A stretch of DNA of 58,571 bases from Chiloscyllium plagiosum (lineage: Eukaryota). The number at the start of each line of letters is the position of its first letter. Positions within the stretch are counted from its first letter, which is position 1. Under the pieces are notes generated by a model. That model was not told the DNA's origin and searched no databases. It was given only the letters and a program-made list of their open reading frames with translations. Location of the stretch: NCBI RefSeq assembly GCF_004010195.1, contig NC_057718.1, forward strand, positions 79,317,643-79,376,213. Direction: 5' to 3'. This document shows positions 13,595-25,806 of this stretch, piece by piece. Made by a program: the position numbers and the translations under genes.

Positions 13595-13723
13595 CCATGA
13601 ATAGGAAAGGATTAATGGGATATGGGCCAAATGCAGGCGTGACCAGTTTAGCTTGGGAACATTGTCAGCATGGACTAGTTAGACTGAAGGGTCCATTTCC
13701 ATGCTGTATTACTATGATTTCTA
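13595..13723 (+). mobile_element. CR1 3' tail fragment
   Basis: atgaataggaaagg...gactgaagggtcc...ccatgctgt tail. Confidence 0.65.
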
Positions 13724-13739
13724 TTGTATAAATATAATA

Positions 13740-16275
13740 GAGAATTATCAAAGTTTGAGAGAAAGACTTGGCAATAATAATGAGTGATATTAATCTAAAC
13801 AGACTGGGGAAACCAAAAAGGAAAGGGAAGCCTACATGAGTTCATTAGGATGTTTACAGGATATCTTCTTAGAACAGTATGATCTAAATCACAACCAGAC
13901 AGCAGAATATATTCAAAATAATTCTGTCAGATCTTATTGCCCAATGATCATGTAGTAAAGGCACTCATTAGGTAGAAGCAACCATAAAAGGATCGAATTT
14001 TATACAGTTTGAGGGAGAGAGGAGGGAGTCTGAAACTACTGATTTAAATCTTAGTTAACGGTGGTTGTGAAAACAAAAGACAGCTATAGTGAATTTGCTA
14101 ATTGCATTAGAGGATATGTCAATATAGATGCAATAACAAATATTTAATAGGATTTAGATTTAGATTACATTACATTACAGTGTGGAAACAGGCCCTTTGG
14201 CCCAACAAGTCCACACCAACCTGCCGAAGCACAACCCACCCATATCCCTACATTTGCCCCTTACTTAACACTACAGGCAATTTAGCATGGCCAATTCACC
14301 TGACCTGCACATCTTTGGACTGTGGGAGGAAACCGGAGCACCCGGAGGAAACCCACGCAGACACGGGGAGTTCATGCAAACTCCACAGTCAGTCGCCTGA
14401 GGCGGGAACTGAACCCGGGTCTCTGGCGCTGTGAGGCAGCAGTACTAACCACTGTGCCACCGTGCCGCACACAAATATTTCAGAATATCTAAAAATAGAT
14501 ACATTCTAATGAGTAAGCAGAAGTAAGACACACACCCACTATTAGTGGTTAACTAGAAACATTAAAAGATAGTGTTAAACACAAAGTCAGATGGCATACT
14601 AGTCAGAAGTTAATAAAGGAGTGAGAAATTAAGAAATGAAAAAGCTAGGCATGAACTATAAAAATTAAGTTTGTCCTTCCTTTTAAAAAAAAAAGAACAG
14701 AGAACTTCATAAAATGGGTTTTGGTCCTGTACTAATTTTCTCGATGCACTTTTGAATGGAAAATAAGTTGGCAAATGAATTGAACAGATATTTTGCACTG
14801 GAAACAAGTAAAATCCAGAAAGAGATACAAGGGAGAGACAAAAAAAAACGAAAAAAGATACAAATCACCAGTGAATTGGTATGGAGTAAGTTTGGAGTTA
14901 TAGCAGGCTGTCAAATACCTGGATTTTGATGGATCCCTTCCCAGTGTTCAAAGTAGTGATTGGTGTCCAGTGAGGTGGCTGATAGAGTTTTAATTTTCCA
15001 AACCTCACTTGATTTGGTGAAGAATTTCCCATTAGTTTGGAAGATAGCAAATGTAACTTCATTATTCAAAAAAAAAGACTGAAAACAAGAAATTACAAGC
15101 TATTGAGCTTAATGTGCCATAAAGATGATGTCAAACATGCCCCTATAAGCACAGCCCTAAGAAAAACTGAAGATAAATCGGAGTCAGCATGGTTTTGTGA
15201 AAACGAATCATGGTTAACCAATCTGTAGAGGTATAAAGTAGTATGTGCTGTTGATAGAGGGGAACCAATGAATTGAATATACTTAAGATTTCCAGAAGAC
15301 ATTTGATGAAAGGTACCATATCAAAAACGTAGAACAATAAAAATTCAGGGTGTAGAGGCAACATATTGGCATAATAGATATCAGCTGCTTCGTAGAAAAC
15401 AGAGGTAGCATAATGGTCTTTTTTCAGATTGTCAAGATGTACGGTGTGGTGTGCCACAGAGATTGAAGCTAGGACCTTAACTGTTTACAATTTGTATGAG
15501 TGAGTCATATGAAAGTATGCTTGCAAAATTTACCAATGATAAAGATAAGTAGGAAATTAAAGTTCTGCAAGTGATGCAAGGAGACTAATGAAAAGATATA
15601 GATTAAATAGGTGAATAAAAGTATCAAAAATGCAATATCATGCGGGAAAAATGTGAAACTGTCCTTGTGGCCAGGAAACAAGAAAGCTCCTCGAACATAA
15701 CATTTATTCCAAGAGGTATTAAGTTAGGAGGAGGAGGTTATGCTTCACTTATACAGGACACTGTTAACACCACACTGGAGCACTGGTGTACTGTACTGCC
15801 ACCTTAAAAAGGAACAATATTAAAAACAGGAGGTACTTCAGAGGAGATTTACTAGACAAATACCTGAAAATGGATAGGTCACCTGGAGGGAAAAACTGGA
15901 TAGGAGAGGCTTATTCTTCTAAACTCCAGCAAATATAAGAGGTGACTTAATTGAAAGACTCAAGAAGCATCTTGACAAGTTGGATGTCAAAAGGATGTTT
16001 TTTTTCTTATGAGTATCAAGAATTACAGTCACTGTTTAAAAACCAGTGTTGTCCATTTAAAAACACAGGTGAAGTGAATTTTCTGAAAAAGCAGTGAAAT
16101 CAAAGTCTGAGTATTAAGGCAAAGGTGAATAGATTTTTGTTAAGCAAGGGGTTGAAAGGTTATCATAGCTGAGCAGGAATACAGATTTGATGTTACAATC
16201 AAATCAGCCATGATGTCATTGAATGGAGGAGCATGCTCAAGAGGTTGAATAGTGTACACCTACTTGTTCATAAGT
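13740..16275 (+). mobile_element. Old, highly decayed CR1 LINE ORF2 and 3' end
   Basis: Degenerate motifs at 15037-15320 (ttggaagatagcaaatgtaact, cagcatggttttgtgaaa, gatttccagaagacatttgat); 3' end aaatcagccatgat...gaggttgaatag. Confidence 0.7.
14153..14470 (-). mobile_element. HE1-like SINE
   Basis: Full reverse-complement copy of the SINE family. Confidence 0.9.
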
Positions 16276-16889
16276 ATGCAAAGCAAGGGGGAAGGGGTGT
16301 TTGATGGGAAAGATTTTGTTCAACATCTCTGTTGGATGGTGTTTGTTCAAAGTTATAAATTTAAAGGGATTAGCCTCCATGTTCTAGCTAAGGATGAGGA
16401 TGATTTGGACATTAATGTTCATTGACTGGATTTGTGCATGAAACCAATCAAAGACACTGACAATAACTTTATATTAGGAGATCACCATTTTATTTCTGTT
16501 TAATACTATTGACAGAAAGATTTTGTACATTACATTAATTTCTATGGGAAATTGCATTATTTCTCTTGTCAAGCAATTTATTTTTGATTCTATAATGGCA
16601 GAGTTCAGGAGTATCAAACATGTTGGAATTCAGAGCCTGGATTTAAAAGCAGTGTTCAGCATGTTCACCAGGAAGTGGAGCTTGCCTGGGTAATAACAAG
16701 CGAAAGGTATTTCATCTATTCATTTTGTTTATGCTGACTTAAAGCCGTTTCAATAGGATACCATACTATTCAGAAATTAGTAGTAGAAACACAGGGTGAG
16801 AGAGATATGAAATAATGTAAATGATTCAAGTTTCACAGGATTCTAAATCAGAGAATCACATCATTCATTTATACCTCTTCCACTCTTCA

Positions 16890-17262
16890 GTCTTGGCTCA
16901 GGATTTGTCTCTAGGTTAGAAGGTTCAGTTCAGAGTCTTGAGCACAAAACCTACATTGACATCCAATAAAGGGAAATGCTGCGCTGGGGAGTCAAGTTCC
17001 AAATAAGACACTAAACTATCTGCCCTCAGGTAGGAATGAGATTTCAAGAACTACAAAATGCAGAGGAGTTCTGTTACTATTCTGGCAAATAATGATCCCT
17101 CAAAACAACATATACATTAAAAACTCAATTAAAATTTATTCAATTGATGACTGTGACCTTGCTGCGTGCAGTGTGTTTCTTACTTCAGGATAGTCTGAGT
17201 GCAGCATATTGACTATCAATTTTATTCAGAGGAATTGAAAAGCAATGCCTGAATACAAGTTC
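16890..17262 (+). mobile_element. Ancient DeuSINE-like relic
   Basis: Degenerate head, Deu-like core (ctatctgccctcaggt...ggagttct...ccctcaa) and tail aatacaagttct. Confidence 0.4.
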
Positions 17263-17739
17263 TTGGTGCTCTGGGTCAGAAGGTCCAGATTCAAGTCCAT
17301 TCCACTCCTAGAAGGGGGTCATTTAAAAATAAAAACTGTCCAGACATGTTTTATTATTAAATGATAATTCATTCTATCCCACTGTTTTGCTCTTAACAAG
17401 CCACAATCTAGACAACATGCAAATTTGGATACTTTAATGATTCTACTTTCAAAATTTACTCACTCCCCAGAGAATTAGCTGCTATAAAACTGATTGGGGG
17501 GAGGGAATCATAAAAATTGGCACAGGATAAGCTTTCCTTAAATTATTTGCTCTTTCATTAAAAAGGAAAAAAATAGTAGCCTGCAATTAAATTGGCCAAA
17601 CATTCTAGGATCAAGTCTCATCTTCCAGAAGTTTGTCATAAGTTGACTGAAACAAAATGTAGCTTAAGCCTTTGCTTGGTTATTAGAATTCAAACAAAAA
17701 GAAACTCATCTCAAAGTCAGATCATCATGGATTTATGCT

Positions 17740-18050
17740 TGACTAAGGCTGGAGTTCATCATCTACAGGCTGCAGCACTGCATGAATGAATGTCTTGCCA
17801 GTTGGCCAAGATGTTAAACCAAAGCCCTGCCTACCCAGATGGAAATTAAAGAGAGAGGAATTCTCCTGGCCAACATGTTCCCCTTCTCAAAACAGAGACT
17901 ACCACGATTAAGTGAACTGGTTATTCATCTCATACTCGCATGTGATCTTGTTGTGCACAAACTGGTTGTATATTTACCTCCAAGCCATTTGTGCAAGACA
18001 TTTGGCACACTGAGTTAAGGTGTTATTAAAATAGCAGTTTTCTTTGCTTT
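17740..18050 (+). mobile_element. Ancient DeuSINE-like relic
   Basis: agatgttaaaccaaagccctgcctaccc...gaattctcctggccaaca Deu-like core. Confidence 0.4.
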
Positions 18051-18770
18051 ATTATTCAAACTTTGGGGACATGAGGCAGATTACAAAAGTTTCAAAAGAA
18101 ACATGATTGAGATTAACATGCTAAGCATCAATCCTCGTCTTACCTTCTCCACTGCACAGAATATCAAAATTTGGCAGAGTGGGACACTATGGCATGAACT
18201 ATTAATTAACCCTTTTCCTCTATCCTTTAGCTAAATAACTTGCAGTTAACATCATGGAAACGGTATCAGGGCATCTAGGGTTTTTATAAATAATAGGACA
18301 ACCTAGTTTATTTCCATGAAAGATGTGAGATTCACGGACCAAAAAAAGGGAAGAAAAACAAACAGACAGGACAAATTACAGCAAACCAGAAGAAAACCAA
18401 AGAGAAAAAGAAACAAAGATGATTCGATTGAACAAAAAAGGAAAAAAGACAAATGCATGTTAAGAAAAAAAATAAAAATTGTGAAACTTTTGGAAGATTT
18501 ATTACACTACTAATTATCACAATTGAAAAAAAATAGACTTGGGATTACAAGTATAAGCTTCTTCACATGACCTTGCTTATCAGATTGCATATTGTAACTT
18601 TCAACATGAACTCTTTTTCCAGCCAGATGATTTGGACTTCTATATCATTACAAGGCTTGACCTTAAGCTACAGCTAATGAGGCAACAATTTTCAAACTTC
18701 ATAAAAAACAGCCACAACAATTTTACCATACCAAGTACTTGTAACTAATTTGAAATTAATCACTCAGATC

Positions 18771-20125
18771 AAAAGGAAACATAATAGGGATGCTGGAAGA
18801 AAACTCAACAGGTTTGATAGCATCTATGGGGAGAGAAACAAAAGGACACGGAGTCTGATATGACTCTTCAGAAACTGACAGCTAGAAAATGATGTTTTTA
18901 TGCTGTTGACAAGAGGAAGGGATGGTGAGGATGAACAGGGTAAAAGACAAATGGAGTGCCAATGGTAGTAAAGGAATAATTTAGGTACAAAATAGGTGTA
19001 AATTTAAGTGGAAATAGCAGAAACAATGTTGGTTTTGACGAGAGTAAACCCATGCAGACAAGCCCTGGGGCAGGGTGAGGTGGAAGAGGCCAATCAATCT
19101 GAAGGTCACTTCCTCATAGCCTGCTTCCTGTAAGAACTCCATTCACTCAGTTTCTCCATCTCATCTGTTTCAAATGATGCCACTTTTTAAAACAATTCTA
19201 CATATTTGTCCTTTATCCTCAAAAAAAAACAAGGATCATAGCACTATCACGCCTGGCTCATGTTCACACCACAGTCTCATCCCTTCCACTCTCCCAAAGA
19301 TCCCACTGTCCTCACTTTCTAGCAACCTCTGCATTCAAATAATCACCCTTCACTATTTCCTCTACCTCCTGCAGGAGGTGGTCTCCAAACATATTTCCCC
19401 CTCTCCTATCAGCATTCTGCAGGAGCTACACCCTATGTGACACCCTGGTCCATTCTTCTGTCACTCCTAACATTTCTTCAGCCAAAAAACTGCTCCACAT
19501 CCCCATGCAATTGCAGAGTTTTCTATTTTACTTTCTCATTATCCAAGAGACAAACATAGCTTCCCTTTGGAACTGTAGTTATTTATAGTTCTTGCAATCT
19601 CCTCTGTTTTATTTGCTGCTTACAATGTGGTCTCCTATACATTGAGAAGACTGGATGACCACTCTGCTGAACACCTCTGCTCTGTATGAGAATTACCCTG
19701 ATTTTCTAGCTTCTTGCCATTTCAGTACACTACCTTGCTCTTGTTGCAGTCCTTGGCCTGCTACAGTGAAGCCAAACACAGCTAAAGGAAGGGAACCTCA
19801 TTTTCCAACTTTACAACCTTCAATACACAGATACTGTCTTACATTTTGGTTACACCCCTTCATTCCATCCACCCATCAGTACTTTGCTTGCATGTGATTG
19901 CAATCAGCAAAGCCAACCTATTTTCTATTCACTCCTCTAGTTACATTACCCCTCCCTTTATCTTTTGCTCTGGGCACCCTCTATCTGTTTCACTCATTTC
20001 TCTTTCTCCATAGTCATCAACAAGAACTATTTTCCTATTACCTTCAGTTCTAGAGAAGTTATATAAGACTTAAAAGGCTAACAGATGCGGACAGGCTTAA
20101 TAAATTCTTTTTCCAGCACTTTCAG
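18771..20125 (+). mobile_element. Penelope-like retroelement remnant with inverted 5' terminal repeat
   Basis: Frameshifted PASCKNSI / QFLHL / NDATF near 19120-19190; ICCLQCGLLYIEKT (decayed GIY-YIG motif) at 19611-19652; inverted repeat piece 18771-18875 and direct piece 20040-20125. Confidence 0.7.
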
Positions 20126-20351
20126 GTTTAAATCAAGTGAGTCATGGAAAGCCCCTATATTTGAAAAACATGAAGAAAAAGTAAAACTAAAAAAAACTAC
20201 GTCAATTGTGTGGTTTTGTTTCTTAGAACTGAAATTATCGTTTCACTTTTATAGATCAGTATTCAAAGATTAAGCTATATTATAACCACACACACACACG
20301 TGTAAGAGGCCTCTTGAAATGGAAAAGCACATTTGGGAAAGCAACTTACCA

Positions 20352-20365
20352 GTTGCCGTGGTAAC
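20352..20365. promoter_or_regulatory. RFX X-box motif (candidate)
   Basis: GTTGCCGTGGTAAC fits the X-box consensus GTNRCC-N(0-3)-RGYAAC; lies in non-repetitive sequence. Confidence 0.5.
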
Positions 20366-20500
20366 GTGCATACCCCTCGAAGGAAAATAAAATTACACAA
20401 TATGAAGTGGTTGTCATAATTTCAAACACTGCTTTTCAGGATTCAGATACTATGACTAGAATGGATCAATAGTAGCATTTCTGAAATCTTTGCCATGGCC

Positions 20501-20514
20501 GTAACTATGGTAAC
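20501..20514. promoter_or_regulatory. RFX X-box motif (candidate)
   Basis: GTAACTATGGTAAC, about 150 bp from the first X-box. Confidence 0.45.
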
Positions 20515-21701
20515 AGAAAGGGGGAGTGTAAAGGATACAAAAGCAGCAGCCAGCAAAGCTGGATCGATTCATCAGACACGTTTTAACACTAACCCTCTCC
20601 GATTCTGGGAAGGATCAATGTTTCCTTCGTCTACATTCAGCTTGTGATATTTAACTGAATGTTGCTACCCAACTCTAGAAGAATCTAGATAAATAATCGA
20701 GCTTTTATTCTTATGCATAGACTAGTTTGACTAGCTGTCTGGTTTTGACATCCTTTTCAAGCTTTTCGAAAAACATTCAAGCATCAGAAAACGCGCTGTG
20801 GAGTTAAACGAATCTGAACTGTTTCACATACCTTCAAACAAATAGTTTTTGGCACGTGTATCTCCGTAGCAGAGAGGAAATAAACTATAACGTTTTAACA
20901 AGCAGTAAACTCATCTGATGCTTGTAGGGAGGTGGGCTCCACCCAGGGGATGGGCTTGGAGGAGAAATGTGTTCTCAGCTGACGTCTCTCCCTATTCTAT
21001 GTCACTTCCTTTTAAAGCTCTGAATTAACGTGGGTTTGATGAAGTACTTCTATGATTCATGCTTCGCCCCTCCCTTCTTCTTGGAGGCTAGCTCTTTTTT
21101 TACAACCATAGACCCTGTAAACAGAGCAGCTTTGTGGAGTTAGCTTCATGTGTGTTTAAACAGCAGCTAGCCTAGCTGATTTCTTCATTTCCCCTGACCC
21201 ACTCTCATTCCACAGAGACGCATAATGTAACTTTTGCTGTTTCTGTGACTTCTAGATGCTTCTGTTCAAATTCAACTGACTGTGGCCACACTAATACTTA
21301 TTAGTCAAGGAGCTGTCAGGGCAGCAACAGAGCTGGCAATGGAACGTGTCTTAAATCAGTCACTCAATACTATCACAACACAATAATCTCAAAGACCCTT
21401 CCTCCCTCTTAAGGTAAGCCCACTTCTATTGCTGGTTTTGGGGGAGGGCTGGTATGCCTCCCTTCACCTGGTTATCCTAGTCCAGAGTTTAAAAAAAATG
21501 CCTAGCCTATGGGTCACCTCCCCACTGGTGACAGCCATATTTGGGTTGTCTGATCATGCTGTAATGCACAAATCCATTTTTTCAGCAGATTTATTTGTTC
21601 TTCCAATAGTATGTTAAATTACACAGCAGGCACTTAATCAAACATGTCATTCTGAAGAATTTAAAATTATTTTCATATTATAAGAATGTTGAAAAGATGT
21701 T

Positions 21702-21985
21702 GCGCCAGAGACCCGGGTTCAATTCCCGCCTCAGGCGACTCTCTGTGTGGAGTTTGCACGTTTTCCTCGTGTCTGCGTGGGTTTCCTCTGGGTGCTCCGG
21801 TTTCCTCCCAAAATCCAAAAAAATGTGCAGGTTAGGTGAATTGGCCATGCTAAATTGCCCGTAGTGTTAGGTGAAGGGGTAAATGTAGGGGAATGGGTTT
21901 GGGTGAGTTGCACTTCAGCGGGTCAATGTGGACTTGTTGGGTCGAAAGGCCTGTTTCCACGCTGTAAGTAATCTAATCTCTAATC
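21702..21985 (+). mobile_element. HE1-like SINE (slightly 5'-truncated)
   Basis: B box, V domain, CR1-type tail. Confidence 0.9.
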
Positions 21986-22061
21986 ATAACATCTAACCCT
22001 CCATCCACCTCCCTATCTTGACATCTCGAATTCCTTTCAGAGAGAAAATGAAGAAGCATGT

Positions 22062-22373
22062 GCACGGTGGCTCAGTGATTTGAACTGCTGACTCACAGTG
22101 CCAGGGACCTGGGTTTGATTCCAGCTTTGGGCAACTGCATTTGCACATTCTCACCATGTCTGTGTGGGTTTCTTCTGGATGCTTGGGTTTCCTCCCACAA
22201 TCCAAAGATGTGTGTGTTAGCTGAATTGACCATGCTAAATAGCCCATAGTGTTCAGGGGTAAATGTAAGGTAGAGGAATGGGTCTAGGTGGGTTATTCTT
22301 CAGCGGGTCAGTGTGAACTTGTTGGGCCGAAGGGCCTGTTTCCACACTGTAAGGATTCAAATTCTAAAAAAAA
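22062..22373 (+). mobile_element. HE1-like SINE, older subfamily
   Basis: gcacggtggctcagtg head to gggcctgtttccacactgt tail. Confidence 0.85.
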
Positions 22374-22399
22374 ATTGGAAACACATTAATTTTGAACCG

Positions 22400-22741
22400 T
22401 AGAATCCTTACAATATGGAAGCAAGCCTTTTGGCCCATGGAGTCCACACCAACCCTCTGAAGAATATCCCATCCAGACCCAACCCCCTACTTTATCCTTT
22501 TAACCCCACAAGTCCCTTGGCTAACCCACCGAGCCTGCGCATCCATGGACACTATGGACAATTTAGAATGGCCAATCCACCTACCAACACATTTTGGATG
22601 GGACAAAATCAAAGCACCCAGAGGGAATCCACACAGACATAGAAAATGTGCAAACTCCACACAGTCACACAAGGGTGCAGTCAAACCCAAGGCCTGGCAC
22701 TGTGAGGTAACAGTGCTAACCACTGAGCCACCGTGCCATCC
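22400..22741 (-). mobile_element. HE1-like SINE, older subfamily
   Basis: Reverse copy ending cactgagccaccgtgcc. Confidence 0.85.
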
Positions 22742-23029
22742 AGTTCGGTCAGGTGTAATTTCTATTTTTGTTATACTAGTAAAAATTTAAGATATGAGTA
22801 TAACAGTGAATGCTCAACATCACCGATGGCATGTGAAAGTTTCCAGAGAAAACATAAGTTCTGTGTAAAATAAAAAGCTGAAAAGACTTATAATGAGTTA
22901 AAATGCTCTATGTCAGTGCCTAAAGCAAAAACAGAAGACAAATCTGCTGAAATAATAGATTTGTGCATTTCAGCATGATCAGATAACCTATGGATGGTCA
23001 GAGAGTCACCACACAATGTAATTGCTAAT

Positions 23030-23375
23030 GGTAGTTCAGTACTGATGTTCTTGCTTCTGAATTGGAAGGTTGGATTTCATGCCCTAAAATCTGATTTCAA
23101 CCACCAGTGCAGCACTGAAGGTGCTTTAGTTTACAATGTTAAGCTAAGACTTTATTTTTCTCTTCATAAATATAAAAGATCCAATGTGCTATTTTATAGA
23201 GTAGGAGTGTTTTCACTTGTGTAATGAATAATATTTATTGAGCAACATCACTTAGTGGAACCTTGCCCTGCACAATTTGATTTCTGCACTTCATATTAAC
23301 AGTGACAATATTCAAAAATACTAATCAGCTGCAAGTCAGTTTCAGACATTCCAAAGTCATGAAGGCAACATATAG
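23030..23375 (+). mobile_element. Ancient DeuSINE-like relic
   Basis: cttgcttctgaattggaaggtt head, cagtgcagcactgaagg, degenerate Deu-like core and tail. Confidence 0.4.
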
Positions 23376-23383
23376 CTAATACT

Positions 23384-23478
23384 AAATAAAAGCCAAAAGA
23401 ACTGCGGATTCTGTAAATCAGAAACAAAAACAGAGGTTGCTGGAAAAGCTCAGCAGGTCTGGTAGCATCTGTGAAGGA
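23384..23478 (-). mobile_element. Penelope-like terminal repeat fragment
   Basis: aacaaaaacagaggttgctggaaaagctcagcaggtctggtagcatc, same family as 43041-43139. Confidence 0.7.
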
Positions 23479-24417
23479 CTTTATAGAGCTGCAGCATAAC
23501 CTCATGGCTCTTAAACTCAATCCCCCTGCTAATGAAAGCCAAGACACCATGCATCTTCTTAACAACCCTATCAACTTGGGTGGCAACTTAGAGGGATCAA
23601 TGGACATGGACCCCAAGATCCTTCTGTTCCTTCACACTGCCAAGAATCCTGCCTTTAACCCTGTAATCTGAATTCAATTTTGACTTTCCAAAATGAATCA
23701 CTTCAGACTTTTCCAGGTTGAATTCCATCTGCCACTTATCAGCCCAACTCTGCATTCTGTCAATGTCTTGTTGCAACCTACAACAGCCCTCCACACTATC
23801 CATAACTCCACCAACCTTCGTGTCATCTGTAAACTTATTAACCTAACCTTTCACTTTCTCATCCAAGTAATTTATAAAAATCACAAAGAGCAGAGGACCA
23901 GAAAAATCCCTGCAAAATACTATTGGTCACCAAGCTCCAGCCTGAATACTTTCCAACTACTACCACCCTCTGTCTTCTATGGGCTAGCCAATTCTGTATC
24001 CAGACAGTCAAATTTCCTTGTATCCCATGCCTCATTACTTTCTGAATGAGCCTACCATGGGGAACCTTGTCAAACGCCTTGCTAAAATCCATATACACCC
24101 CAACCACTGCTCTACCTTCATCAATGTGTTTTTTATCATCCTCAAAGAATTCAATAAAGCTTCTGAGGCGTGACCAGCCCCTCACAAAGTCATGCTGATT
24201 ATCTCTAAACAAGTTATGTTTTTCCAAATAATCATAAATCCCGGATCTCAGAATCCTCTCCAATAATTTGCTCACCACCAATGTAAGATTGACTGGTCTG
24301 TAATTCTCAGGGTTATCCCTACTCCCTTTCTTGAACAAGGGAATAACATTTGCCACCCTCCAATCATCTGGTACTACTCCAGTGGATAGTGAGGACACAA
24401 AGCTTAATGAATACTTT

Positions 24418-24747
24418 GCGGCACGGTGGCACAGTGGTTAGCACTGTTGCCTCGCAGCGCCAGAGACCCGGGTTCAATTCCCGCCTCAGGCGACTGACTG
24501 TGTGGAGTTTGCACGTTCTCCCCGTGTCTGCGTGGGTTTCCTCCGGGTGCTCCGGTTTCCTCCCACAGTCCAAAGATGTGCAGGGCCAGGTGAATTGGCC
24601 ATGCTAAATTGCCCGTAGTGTTAGGTAAGGGGTAAATGTAGGGGTAGGGGTATGGGTGGGTTCGCTTCAGCGGGTCGGTGTGGACTTGTTGGGCCGAAGG
24701 GCCTGTTTCCACACTGTAATGTAATGTAATCTAATCTAATCTAATCT
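24418..24747 (+). mobile_element. Young HE1-like SINE nested in CR1
   Basis: Full copy with CpGs intact and (taatc)n tail; aaagct duplicated at 24399-24404 and 24748-24753. Confidence 0.92.
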
Positions 24748-25711
24748 AAAGCTCATTGCCAAAGGAGCAGCAATTTCTTCCCTCGCTTCCCATAGTAACC
24801 TTGGGAATATCCCATCTGGCTGAGTAGACTTACCTAACTTCATGTTTTATAAAACTTGCAGCGTATCAGCCTGTTTCATTCTGTCCTCACAAATGACAAG
24901 GTCCCTCTCATTAGTGAATACTGAAGCAAAGTATTCATTAAGGACCTCCCCTACCTCCTCCAACTCCAGGTACAAATTCCCTCCCCTATCCCTGATTGGC
25001 TTTGCCCTCACTCTAGCCATCCTCTTGTTCCTCACTAAAGTGTAGAAGGACTTGGGGTTTTTCTTAATCCTATTCCCCAAGGCTTTTTCATATCCCCTTC
25101 TAGCTCTCCTAAGTCCATTCTTCAGTTCCTTCCTGGATACCTTGTAACCCTCTAGTGCCCTGTCTGATCCTTGCTTCCTCAACCTTAAGTAAGTTTCCTT
25201 CTTCCTCTTGACTAGATTTTCCAAATCTTGTGTCATCTAACGTTTCTTCACCCTACCATCCCATCCTTGCCCCAGTGAGACAAACCTACCCAGCAATCAC
25301 AGCAAGTGCTCCCTGAACAACCTCCACATTTCTGTCATGCATTCCCCTGAAAATATCTGTTCCCACTTTATGCTCCACCATTCCTGCCAAATAGTATTGT
25401 AATTTCCCCCTCCCCCAATTAAATACTTCCCATGCCTGCTGCTCCTATCCCTCTCCAAGATTATAGTAAGGGTCAGGGAATTGTGATCACTATCACCAAA
25501 ATGCTGTCTCACCGAGAGATCTGACACCTGACCTGGTTCATTGCCAAGCACCAAATCCAATTTGGCCTCCCCTTTAGTCAGCCTATCTGCATATTGATTC
25601 AGGAATCCTTCCTGGACACACCTGACAAATCTGCCCATTCAATTTATTTGCACTAAGGAGGTTCCAATCAATATTAGGGAAATTGAAGTCACCCTGACAA
25701 CAATCCTGTTG

Positions 25712-25806
25712 GAGTCATAGAGTCATAGAGATATACAGCATGGAAACAGACCTTTCGGTCCAACCCGTCCGTGCCGACCAGATATCCCAACCCAATCTAG
25801 TCCCAC
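25712..25806 (-). mobile_element. Short CR1 3' tail insertion nested in CR1
   Basis: gagtcatagagtcatagagatatacagcatggaaacagacc tail, same as at 7397, 30793, 55200 and 58381. Confidence 0.8.

Noticed and set aside
18139..18280. Minus-strand donor AAG|GTAAGA at about 18144 as a coding exon following the 20350 donor
   Set aside because: Joining the nearby AG acceptors to the 20350 exon gives stops in the frames tested; a non-coding exon remains possible but unsupported
18316..18513. Lys/Arg-rich 65-aa ORF
   Set aside because: Translation of an A-rich low-complexity tract
21340..21420. + strand first exon ending at AAG|GTAAGC
   Set aside because: The upstream ATG frame (MERVLNQSLNTITTQ) stops before the donor; no other support
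24418..24500. tRNA gene
   Set aside because: The A/B boxes belong to the tRNA-derived SINE head and continue into the SINE body
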